DNA of 64,000 bases from an uncultured Verrucomicrobiae bacterium (GTDB lineage Bacteria > Verrucomicrobiota > Verrucomicrobiia > Chthoniobacterales > UBA10450). The notes under the pieces were generated by a model, which worked only from the letters and a program-made list of their open reading frames with translations, was not told the DNA's origin and ran no database searches. Shown in pieces: positions 29,622-39,378 of the stretch; position 1 is the first letter of the stretch; every line of letters begins with the position of its first letter. Made by a program: the position numbers and the translations under genes. The DNA lies in contig CAVYXA010000001.1 in the NCBI GenBank assembly GCA_963772365.1, positions 448,001-512,000 on the forward strand. Reading direction: 5' to 3'.

Positions 29622-31619
29622 CTATCGAGCCAATCGTTTCCGCGCGTCAGCTTGCAGCCAGTCCCATAAATTCGATAGCCATTGCGATGTTTTCTTTTTG
29701 ATTTGATCCAATCCTGCCGATTCAAACTGTTTGTCGTCGGGGCGTCGCTCGGCAAAAAGGTAATATTTTATTTTCGGCTCTGTCCCGGAAGCGCGGACTG
29801 CGATTCGGGTCCGATCCGATAATTCGAAGATCGACATCTTTTCCTTCGGAATTTCGTCACCTTCGACATCGCGAATTGTTTCCTTTTCGAAATTGCGTAT
29901 CCGCACAACTTTCGCTCCGGCAATCTCTGATGGCGGATTCTTGGCGTAAGATTCCACCAATCTTGCGATTTTTGCCGCGCCCTCGGCGCCTTCGAAGAAA
30001 ATGGAGCCATTCTTTTCCTCGAAGTATCCGAACTGGGAAAAGATATTGTCGAGCAGTTGTTCGACCGTGAGTTGTTTTGATTTCGCGTAAGCGGCCACTT
30101 CGCAAAACATGAGCGCCGCGCCATTGCCATCTTTGTCTCGGATAAAATCAGCGCCGCTAAACCCGTAACTTTCCTCGCCACCGAAAATGTAATAGGAAGA
30201 ATGCTCGAGCCGCGCGGCGCGAGTTTCCAGTTCAGACATTTGCCGATATTTTCTACGAAGATCGACAGGCAAAGCGCGCTCGTATTTGTCGAGCTTAGCA
30301 CCAATATATTTGAAGCCGGTGAGTGTTTCGACGCACCGCACGCCATAATGCTCTGCGATCGCCTTGATGAGATCGGTTGTGACAAAAGTTTTGATGATCA
30401 CCGCTCGCGATGCGTTTTTCGAATCGAGCACGCCCTGGTCGAACAAAGTTTTGACACGATACCAGGCGATAATCGATGCGATCTGATTACCTGTGAGCAG
30501 TTTCATTTCGCCGCCGCTCGTGCGGACCGCAACGCCAACGCGGTCGCAGTCCGGATCCGTCGCGATCACGATGTCGGCATCGATCTTTTCTGCCAGAGCG
30601 ATGCCCATACTCAACGCCTCGGGATTTTCCGGGTTGGGCGACTTCACAGTGGGAAAGCGGCCGTCGAAGCGATCCTGTTCTGGAACGATGTCGAACTGGA
30701 AGCCGAGCCGATGAAGCATCGGTTTGAGAATGACGCTGCCGGTTCCGTGTAGCGGAGTGAAGACGATTCGCAGCGATTCAGGCCCTCGGATCACGGCCGG
30801 ATCGAGAATGAGTGTTTCCAGTCGGTCCATGTAAGCGTCGTCGATCTCTGTGCCCAACATTGCCACAGTTCCTTGTCGATCCTGGGGAAGTGGAATAAAA
30901 CTCTCGCCTTGGATCGCGTTTACTCTCGCGATGATCCCGCTGGCATGTGGCTCAACGACCTGGCCGCCGTCGCTGAAATAAACTTTATAACCATTGTCAT
31001 GCGGTGGATTATGGCTGGCTGTGATGACGATGCCGGCGCTGGCGTTCAGATGCCGCACAGCAAAGGAAAGCTCCGGAGTCGAGCGCGGCCCATCGAACAT
31101 ATGCGCGTCGCAGCCGTTTTGGGCAGCGACTTTCGCGGCGAGATCGGCAAACTCTTTCGAGAAAAAGCGCGTGTCGTGTGCGATGACAATAGACATTCTG
31201 TTTCCGTTTCGTTGTCGATCTGTCCATTCGCGAATGTAGGCAACAAGGCCGCGGGTTGCGCGATTCACGTTATAAAAGTTCATCGCGTTTGTGCCGACGC
31301 ATGGAAATTGCGGGTGTGCATGCTTCTCCGCGTTTCCGCGCTCGGCTGCCGTAACAATCTTGCCGATTGTGCGCCCGCGCAGGCCGCCCGTGCCGAAAGC
31401 GAGAGTTTTGTAAAAACGATCGTTGAGTTCGCTCCAGGCCGCGCTCTCAACGAGCTCACACACACTGTCGATGTAGAGGCTGTGGGGCAAGCAGACAGCT
31501 TCCCCTGATTTTCCAGCGACTAACAGCAATCGAATATTCTGTCCGGCTGACGGCAGCAGTTTGCCTTCGGCCACGGCCTGATCGGTCGCGGCGAGAATCG
31601 CCTCAATACTTTTCGCCAT
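29622..31619 (-). CDS. Phosphoglucomutase/phosphomannomutase
   Basis: 'FGTGGLRG', 'ITASHNP', 'DPDCDR', 'GEESYG', 'RASGTEPKIKYY'. Confidence 0.93.
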   Translation of the reverse strand: MAKSIEAILAATDQAVAEGKLLPSAGQNIRLLLVAGKSGEAVCLPHSLYIDSVCELVESAAWSELNDRFYKTLAFGTGGLRGRTIGKIVTAAERGNAEKHAHPQFPCVGTNAMNFYNVNRATRGLVAYIREWTDRQRNGNRMSIVIAHDTRFFSKEFADLAAKVAAQNGCDAHMFDGPRSTPELSFAVRHLNASAGIVITASHNPPHDNGYKVYFSDGGQVVEPHASGIIARVNAIQGESFIPLPQDRQGTVAMLGTEIDDAYMDRLETLILDPAVIRGPESLRIVFTPLHGTGSVILKPMLHRLGFQFDIVPEQDRFDGRFPTVKSPNPENPEALSMGIALAEKIDADIVIATDPDCDRVGVAVRTSGGEMKLLTGNQIASIIAWYRVKTLFDQGVLDSKNASRAVIIKTFVTTDLIKAIAEHYGVRCVETLTGFKYIGAKLDKYERALPVDLRRKYRQMSELETRAARLEHSSYYIFGGEESYGFSGADFIRDKDGNGAALMFCEVAAYAKSKQLTVEQLLDNIFSQFGYFEEKNGSIFFEGAEGAAKIARLVESYAKNPPSEIAGAKVVRIRNFEKETIRDVEGDEIPKEKMSIFELSDRTRIAVRASGTEPKIKYYLFAERRPDDKQFESAGLDQIKKKTSQWLSNLWDWLQADARKRLAR

Positions 31620-31701
31620 CGCCGAACTGTTGCGGCGAAGGCGCTCTTTGCAAGCCGGGGGCGGGGAAGCTGTCAGTTTCCCCAACAGCACTATGGCGCT
31701 T

Positions 31702-34065
31702 TTACGGCACGGAGTGGCCGATATTGACCTTCACCTGAATGACATCGGTGGCATTGATGTCTCCACTGGCGTTGATGTCACTGCGGAAATTGCTCGAGTC
31801 GACCGCGACGCCCACCTGCGCCTTGGTCTGCGCTACATCTGAGGCGTTCACGGTTGCATTGGCGCTGCTGTCGCCGATTAGCATGACTGCATTCACCGCA
31901 GTATCTGGCAATGTTTGACCAAAACTGTCCATTACATTGCTCGCCGTCACGGTGATCTGTTGCTGGTCAGTCACTCCGGTCAGGTTCACCGTCATCGTGC
32001 TGCCGGAGAAGATCGGACTACCGGCGACAGTTCCTGTCCCGCTGGTAACAGCGGCGTTGCCGCTAACAACTGGGTTCGAGAAAGTGAAGACAAGTGTGTG
32101 ATTACCTCCGCTGCTGCGACATTCCACTCCAGGCGACCCGGAAAGCGGAAGATCGACATCGAATGTGCCCGCGGGGCCGTGCGTCTTGCGCGAGACGACA
32201 CTCGCCAGCTGCAGTGGATTACACGCCGCCGGTGCCATGATCGGCACAGTGATTGGGCTTCCGGTTTTAAGGAAGCCAACCGTCGCATCGGCATTCTGCG
32301 GTGGTTGATTGGAGTCAAAGCGGAAATTGTACAACGTGCCAAATCGGATCGCATTAGCGTTCGGACTTTGCGCTAACGTTTCACAGTTCCAGGTGAGTGC
32401 GTTAGGCGTTTGATTCGATGCCCAGGGAGCATTGCTGAATCCGGCATCTCCCGCTGTTCCGTCGTTGGGGAATCCGGGATGATTGGGCGGAGCGTGAAAT
32501 CCGACATTGCTTATTGTCGCTCCACAACCCAACGGCACACTGAACGATTGGATGGATCGGTCGAGATTCTGATTGTGAATAGCGTATTCGTAATGCCAGA
32601 CGCCAGATGACGGATTGCTGACTTTGTAAACAACGAATGCGCGGCCATCGACTCCGGGATCGGGTTCGATAACGGCGGTGAACGAACCGATCCACGCGTC
32701 GGTGGCAGGTTTCATCCGCACGGCTGGGCCAGCAGGAGTGAAGGTGAAAGTGGACGTGCCGCTGACGTTGTAAGGTCGATAGGACGCGTTGTTATACATG
32801 TTGCATTCGCCGGGGTGCGACTGGCACCAGGCGTACTCCTGAGGAGTATCGTATTGCGCTTCGGCATAGTAAGTAGCGCCTGTGTTCAAAGTTGTATTCA
32901 GATCGCTCATTGCGACCAAAACTCGATGAGATGTCCCGGTGTGAACGTGACCGCTATGATTCCTGGCATTAGAAGGAAAGATCCCGGTGAAAGGGTTTAC
33001 CCAAGCTCGTGAGCCGAGCAGACTCTGAGTCGCATTTTCGCTGGCACTGTAAGGATCCGAACAGCCGACGCCAAGCTTGGTGAAATCGGGGTAGGGTGTG
33101 CAGCCGTAGCTGCAGTCGTCAAATTGATCGGCCCCGAATGTGTGTTTCACCCAGGATTGACCGATTTGCTCAAATCGGTCGTTGTTGTTCGAGCCGCCGC
33201 TCATACGATAAATGTTTTGTGATACAACGGAGTGATCGGTATTTGGCAGCTGGAAAAAATCGACTGGCTGGTCACCGTTGTTGCAAGAAATTGTTCCAAT
33301 TCCCAAACCTACTTGTGTTCCAGCGCTTCCCGATTGGACGATTGCCGGCATATCTCCCACGACAATGTCCGGTCCGTGAACCGAGGCCGGAATACCTGGA
33401 ATCGGGCCGCTTCGTGCGGGTAATATCGACGATTTAATCGCACCATTAGCGACGGTAATGACAGCGATTGGGCTAAGGATGGCATTTACAGTGATATGCC
33501 CTGCAATCGTTCCAGCGGCTGCTGGTTGCCCAAGTGTCTGGGCAAGCTGTTGCGAAATGAGAAGTTTTCCAGGTGTGATGCTGAATGAACGGTCATCAGC
33601 GTTGTAAGAATAGCTTTGTCCGTCGATGTTAAACAGAATCAAACCAGTTTGGGCGTCGCGCAGAACCAGATCGAACTGATCTGCCGGAGGGACTCTGTCG
33701 ATGGTAAGTCGGTGAAGCGAACTGTTCAGTGGTTCCGGGATGTCTCGGGTGTTCTCCCAGACCAAAATTAGAGTGCCGGTCTCCGGGCCGCGGAGGATAT
33801 GATTGAAAACTCGAAGAGTGAAGAACGAGTTCGCGCCGATTCTGAAACGGAGATTCTCTAATTGCGATTGCTCAGGGTGGCCGGGCGCCAGCCGATTCCG
33901 ATCGAGATCCAGAAAGACGGTGCCGTTTGTGACGAGCATTCGTTCGAGAGTGCCCGTCTGCCCTTCCGTTTTTTGATGTTCCATCTCTACTCCGAAATTT
34001 TGTCTGCTGGCGGTCGACAACAATATTATCGAAAGCGCAATGCGAGTAAGGGTTGTCTGTCTCAT
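31702..34065 (-). CDS. Secreted Cys/His-rich protein (lysyl oxidase-like core inferred) + 'SRKTHG' Ig-like + dockerin-like domain, paralog 1
   Basis: Signal-like N-terminus; 'FEQIGQSWVKHTF..CSYGC..LGVGCSDPY'; C-terminal 'GDSSANATVNASD..SDINASGDINATD'. Confidence 0.8.
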   Translation of the reverse strand: MRQTTLTRIALSIILLSTASRQNFGVEMEHQKTEGQTGTLERMLVTNGTVFLDLDRNRLAPGHPEQSQLENLRFRIGANSFFTLRVFNHILRGPETGTLILVWENTRDIPEPLNSSLHRLTIDRVPPADQFDLVLRDAQTGLILFNIDGQSYSYNADDRSFSITPGKLLISQQLAQTLGQPAAAGTIAGHITVNAILSPIAVITVANGAIKSSILPARSGPIPGIPASVHGPDIVVGDMPAIVQSGSAGTQVGLGIGTISCNNGDQPVDFFQLPNTDHSVVSQNIYRMSGGSNNNDRFEQIGQSWVKHTFGADQFDDCSYGCTPYPDFTKLGVGCSDPYSASENATQSLLGSRAWVNPFTGIFPSNARNHSGHVHTGTSHRVLVAMSDLNTTLNTGATYYAEAQYDTPQEYAWCQSHPGECNMYNNASYRPYNVSGTSTFTFTPAGPAVRMKPATDAWIGSFTAVIEPDPGVDGRAFVVYKVSNPSSGVWHYEYAIHNQNLDRSIQSFSVPLGCGATISNVGFHAPPNHPGFPNDGTAGDAGFSNAPWASNQTPNALTWNCETLAQSPNANAIRFGTLYNFRFDSNQPPQNADATVGFLKTGSPITVPIMAPAACNPLQLASVVSRKTHGPAGTFDVDLPLSGSPGVECRSSGGNHTLVFTFSNPVVSGNAAVTSGTGTVAGSPIFSGSTMTVNLTGVTDQQQITVTASNVMDSFGQTLPDTAVNAVMLIGDSSANATVNASDVAQTKAQVGVAVDSSNFRSDINASGDINATDVIQVKVNIGHSVP

Positions 34066-34166
34066 TCTGTTCTCTTTCCTATGTTTTAAGTTGCGGCAAC
34101 GGTCCAAAGGTAAGGCCGTGAATTGTTTACCAGGGCTAATTGGAAAAGAGGAGTTTTTTTTCACGC

Positions 34167-34203
34167 AAAAAAAAGCGGAGCGCTTTCACAAGCGCCCCGC
34201 TTC
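34167..34203 (-). terminator. Intrinsic terminator after paralog 2
   Basis: Minus strand GCGGGGCGCT-TGTGAA-AGCGCTCCGC followed by T8. Confidence 0.75.
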
Positions 34204-34251
34204 GCGACAGCCGTTCTTTTGGCGTGCCTGAACCAGATAGATCAAATGCAG

Positions 34252-36591
34252 TTATGGCACAGAATGACCGATGTTGACTTTTACCTGAGTGACATCGGTG
34301 GAATTGATATCTCCGCTGACGTTGATGTCGTTGCGGAAATTGCTCGAAGAAACCGCGGCGCCCACCTGCCCTTTTGTCTGGGCTACGTCTGTTGAATTGA
34401 CACTTTGATTGGCGCTGGTATCAGCGATCAGCATGACTGCGTTCACCGCGGTATCGGGCAATGTTTGACCAAATGTATCCATGACGTTGCTGGCTGTGAC
34501 TGTGATCTCTTGCTGGTCAGTAACCCCTGTCAGATTCACCGTCATCGTGTTGCCGGAAATAACGGGACTACCCGAGACGGTCCCCGTGCCAGCAGTGACG
34601 CTGGCGTCGCCACTGACGATCGGGTTACTGAAAGTGAACACAAGGGTGTGATTGCCACTGCTGCTGCGGCATTCCACTCCGGTTGATCCGGACAGCGGAA
34701 GATCGACATCGAACACGCCCGCAGCGCCGTGGGTCTTGCGCGAAACCACACTGGCCAGTTGCAATGGGTTGCATGCCAGCGGCGCCATGATTGGCACAGT
34801 AATTGGATCTCCATTCTTGAAGAAACCGATGGTCGCATTGGCCTCGTGTGGTGGTTGATCGGAGTCAAACCGGAAGTTGTAGAGTGTGCCCCAGCGGATT
34901 GCATTGGCATTTTGGTTTTGGGCAAATGTTTCGCAACTCCAGGTTACATCACTCGACGTCTGGGCAGGCGTCCATGGCGTACTGCTAAATCCCGCATTGT
35001 TTTGGGTTCCATCGTTTGTCCAGCCGGGGTGCTGTGGCGGAGCATGAAAGCCGAGATTGCTCACTGCGGCGCAAACCGTCGGCACGCTGAAGGACTGGAT
35101 CGCGCGATCGAGATTCTCGTTGTAAAGGGCATACTCGTAATGCCAGGTGCCAGCGGACGGATTGCTCACCTTGTAGGCAAGCATGCCGATTCCGTCATTA
35201 CCAGGGTCCGGCTCGAACGTATTAAAGTTCGCACCGGTCCAGGCGTTAATACCAGGACGCTGCCGCACCGTCGCGGCTACGGGATTAAACGTGAAGAACG
35301 TAGTTCCCACCGGGGTAAACTGCCGATAAGAAACGTTGTTATACATATTGCATTGGCCGGGATGGGCCTGACACCATGCGAATTCGTGTGGGGTGACGTA
35401 CTGACCTTCGGCAAAGTAGGTTGCGCCCGGATTCTGCGCGGGATCCAGATCGGAGATGGCAACAATCACCCGGTGCGATAAGCCGTTATGTGAGTGACCG
35501 GAATGGTTTGCCGGGCTGGGCGAACCTGGGAATGCACCGGTAAATGGATTGACCCACGCGCGAGAGCCAAGACCGCCCTGGCTGTAATTCAGACTCGCCA
35601 CATACGGATCGGAGCAGCCGGAACCGAGATGAGTTCCGCCCACACCGTTGCATCCGTAGCCGCAGACGTTTTGCGTGAGAGCGGTAAACGCGTGCTTGAG
35701 CCACGATTCACCGATCTGCTCAAAGCGCTCTGTGTTATCCGCCCCGCCGCTCATTCGATAAAGGTTTTGCGGAATCACCGGGTGATCATTGTTTGGCAAT
35801 TGGAACCAATCCAAATTCTCCGTCCCCGCATTACACGAAGTCGTGCCCACCCCCAATCCAACGAAACTGCCGACAGTTCCGTTGCTAGGCTCTTCGACCC
35901 CAGAAATATCCCCGACGATCACATCCGGCCCTGGAACATTACCGACCGCAGGCTGGCGCAAGGCCGGCATTCGTGCTGACTGCACGACGCCGTTCACGAC
36001 GCGATCAACTTCAATCGGATACACAGTTGCTCTAATCGAAATGTTACCCGCAACTGCGCCAGCAACAGAAGCGCGACCCAGCTGTTGAGCAAGCTCATGC
36101 GAAACCACGAGTCGGCCACCGGTAATGCTAAGCAGGTGTTGACCGGCATCGTATTTATAGTCGTGTCCCTCGATATTAAACAGCGTCGAACCATTTCGGC
36201 TATCGCGAATGGCAAGATCGAAATCATCGGATGGACCCATCTTCTGAATCGCCAGATGACTGAATGAGTCGGCCAAGGCTGTGGGAAGTGCCTTGGAATT
36301 TTGCGGCGTCAGGTTCATTGCACTCGGCTCCGGGCCGCGCAATTGATTGTTGGTGACCAGCAGAGTGAAGAATGAATCAGGCGAGACGGTAAAGCCCACG
36401 GCTTTGGTCGAAACGCCGAGCGCCTTTGAATCGAGATGCATTTCCACGGTTCCATTGCCGACGATCATTCGCTCGATGGTGACGGTTCCGTTGCCGGTTT
36501 TCTGGTTTGATTCAGCTTTTGAAGCCTCCGTGCTGTTACAGAAAAGCAGCAGCAGTGGAAGTGTGAAGTAGGTGGACAGTTTCTTTGACAT
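34252..36591 (-). CDS. Secreted LOX-like core + 'SRKTHG'/dockerin protein, paralog 2
   Basis: Signal peptide MSKKLSTYFTLPLLLLFC; 'SWLKHAF..CGYGC..LGSGCSDPY'; RBS (GGAGG) upstream. Confidence 0.85.
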   Translation of the reverse strand: MSKKLSTYFTLPLLLLFCNSTEASKAESNQKTGNGTVTIERMIVGNGTVEMHLDSKALGVSTKAVGFTVSPDSFFTLLVTNNQLRGPEPSAMNLTPQNSKALPTALADSFSHLAIQKMGPSDDFDLAIRDSRNGSTLFNIEGHDYKYDAGQHLLSITGGRLVVSHELAQQLGRASVAGAVAGNISIRATVYPIEVDRVVNGVVQSARMPALRQPAVGNVPGPDVIVGDISGVEEPSNGTVGSFVGLGVGTTSCNAGTENLDWFQLPNNDHPVIPQNLYRMSGGADNTERFEQIGESWLKHAFTALTQNVCGYGCNGVGGTHLGSGCSDPYVASLNYSQGGLGSRAWVNPFTGAFPGSPSPANHSGHSHNGLSHRVIVAISDLDPAQNPGATYFAEGQYVTPHEFAWCQAHPGQCNMYNNVSYRQFTPVGTTFFTFNPVAATVRQRPGINAWTGANFNTFEPDPGNDGIGMLAYKVSNPSAGTWHYEYALYNENLDRAIQSFSVPTVCAAVSNLGFHAPPQHPGWTNDGTQNNAGFSSTPWTPAQTSSDVTWSCETFAQNQNANAIRWGTLYNFRFDSDQPPHEANATIGFFKNGDPITVPIMAPLACNPLQLASVVSRKTHGAAGVFDVDLPLSGSTGVECRSSSGNHTLVFTFSNPIVSGDASVTAGTGTVSGSPVISGNTMTVNLTGVTDQQEITVTASNVMDTFGQTLPDTAVNAVMLIADTSANQSVNSTDVAQTKGQVGAAVSSSNFRNDINVSGDINSTDVTQVKVNIGHSVP

Positions 36592-36827
36592 TGTGATTTT
36601 GGTTCCTCCGAGTTTTTTAGCCTCAGCCCAAGGACGCCTTGCGTTGAGACCGAGGATTTATAAACACATTTTGTAAAAAAAGAGAGCTTTTTTTGGAATT
36701 ATTTTGGCCTGCAAGTTCAAACATTGAGGCTTCGGGGTCGAAATCCTCAGTGCGCGAAGCGACCGCCGCCGCACCAATAAAGCGGGGACAACGTTGGCCG
36801 TTTTTTAAATCGTGCGTCGGGAAGCGG

Positions 36828-39210
36828 TCACGGGACAAAGTGACCGATACTCACTTTCACCTGCGTGACATCGGTGGAATTGATATCTCCGCTGGTATTG
36901 ATGTCATTGCGGAAATTGCTCGAGTCGACCCCGGCGCCTACCTGACCTTTCACTTGCGCTACGTCTGAAGAATTGACTGTTCGATTGGCGCTGGTGTCCC
37001 CGATCAACATCACTGCATTCACAGTTGTGTTAGCCAGAGTTTGACCAAATGCGTCCATCACATTGCTGACCGTCACCGCGATCTGTTGCTGATCGATGAC
37101 GCCGGTCAGGTTCACCGTCATTGTGTTGCCAGAAAAAACCGGACTGCCTGAAAGGTTGCCGATGCCGCTGGTCACGGCGGCATTGCCACTCACGACGGGA
37201 TTGCTGAAAGTGAAGACGAAACTGTGATTGCCGCTGCTGCTGCGACATTCCACGCCCGTCGATCCAGATAGCGGAAGATCGACATCGAATGAACCAGCCG
37301 CGCCATGCGTCTTTCGCGAAACTACGCTGGTCAATTCCAGCGGATTACACGGATCATCCGGTGTCGGCACTTGCACCTGGACCATGATGTGCGAACCGGT
37401 TTTGAAAAAACCAATCGTCGCGTTCGCACTCGTGGGCGGCTTATTGCAATCAAACCGGAAATTGTACATCGTCCCGAAACGAATCGCATTCGCGTTCGGG
37501 TTCTGCGCGATTGTCTCGGTGCTCCAGGTTAGTGCTCCGCCTGCCTGGCTCGGTAGCCAGGGGAAGCTGCTATACCCCTGGTTGTTGAATGTTCCATCAT
37601 TTGCAAAGCCGGGATGCTGAGGCGGACAGTGAAACGCCACATTGCTCAGCGTCACACCGCAGCCTAACGGGATGCTCAAGGACTGGATCGCTCGATCTAG
37701 ATTTTCGTTATAGACCACATACTCGTAATGCCATGTTCCAGCCGAAGGATTACTCACTTTGAAGCCGACCACTCCGATCCCATCCGCGCCCGGCGCCGGT
37801 TCGAAAGTCCGCAATGTCGCTCCCGTCCAGGCTGCGATTGCGGGCTGCTCTCGCACGGTGGGACCGGCATTCGTAAAACTGAATGGCTGGTTGATCCCAA
37901 CTACATTATAACGGCGGTACGAAACATTGTCTGTACATATTGCACTGGCCGGGATGCGACTGGCACCAGGTGTATTCATGTGGAACGACGTATTGCGCTT
38001 CAGCGAAATATGTCGCTCCGGGATTCATCGACGCGTTCAAGTCGTTAACGTCAACCAGAATCCGGTGAGACGTGACGTCATGAACATGACCGCTGTGGTT
38101 GTTCGCTGTCGATCCGTTGAAATTGCCCGTGAACGGATTCACCCAGGCGCGTGACCCGATACCGGTTTGGCTGCCGTTCAAACCGCTGCCGTAGGCATCC
38201 GAGCAGCCGGAGCCAAGCTGACCGCCGCCCACGCCGTTGCATCCAAAACCGCATGTGTTTGAAGATGCTGCAGCAAATGCATGCTTGCCCCACGATTGGC
38301 CGATTTGCTCGAACTGCTGAGTGTTATCTGCGCCGCCACTCATTCGATAAAGATTCTGTGGAATAAAAGGATGGTCGTTGTTTGGCAGGGCGAACCAATC
38401 CGCATTCTCGGTTCCTTTGTTGCAGGCGTCGGTTCCCAGAGCGAGTCCGACACGACCGCCGACGGAACCCGTCTCAGATTGGTCCAACCCAATCAGCTCG
38501 CCAACGATGACGTCCGGACCGGGGACAGTGCCGACCGCAGGGTCATTCACCGGTGGCAGCGTAGCGGATTCCAGATGGCCATTCTCGTCAAGCTGCGCGA
38601 TCTCTGTGGTGTGCATGGTTCCGCTGACGGAGATCGTTCCAACTACCGTACCGGCATCCGCCGAACTGCCCAATTCGTCAGCAAATTGTGGCGAAAGCAG
38701 AAGCGTCGCACCACTGATGGTGAACAACTTTGCGTTGGCATCATAATCGTAATGCCCTCCTTCAATGGAAAAAAAGACGATTCCCGTTCCGCCATCGCGC
38801 ACTGTGAAATTTAACGATTCACTTGAATCAAGTTTTTCAATCATCAGATGGCTGAATGATTCGCTCAACAGAGAGGGAAAGCCTCGAAGGTTTCGTGATT
38901 GGGGGATGAGCGTCATCGAGCCGGGCTCAACACCGCGTAACAGGTCGTTAAAAACGAAAATTGGGAAGAAAGAATTGGCTCCTACTGCGAATCGCAGTGA
39001 TACGGTTCTCGGCGGGATCAAGCTAGATCCATTGAGCCGGTTCAAATCAAGTTCCATCGCAACGCTTCCGGTCGCGACGATCATTTTCTGCAATGTGCCG
39101 GATTTGCTATTCGCAGCTTTAGGTTCGGGACCTGCGACAGAGGTTGCCGAGCTATTGCAGAACAGCAAAACCAGTGGGAGCGCGAGATAAGTGAGCAGTT
39201 TGTTCGACAT
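36828..39210 (-). CDS. Secreted LOX-like core + 'SRKTHG'/dockerin protein, paralog 3 (frameshift near 37930)
   Basis: ORFs 37906-39210 and 36828-37979 join at 'CNMY/NVSYR', collinear with paralogs 1 and 2. Confidence 0.82.
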
Positions 39211-39378
39211 TGTTTTCTAATCCTCCGATTCGTTGAACTTCAACAAAAGCTTGTGAAAAGCTGATCTCGTTTGTTACAGCCTCACCAAAAAAAGTAGAGC
39301 CCTTTTTTTATCGGTTTTTTGTGCGATATGTTTCGCCCCCCACAATGGGCCGTCGCGCCCCCGAAAGCAGGGGATCTC

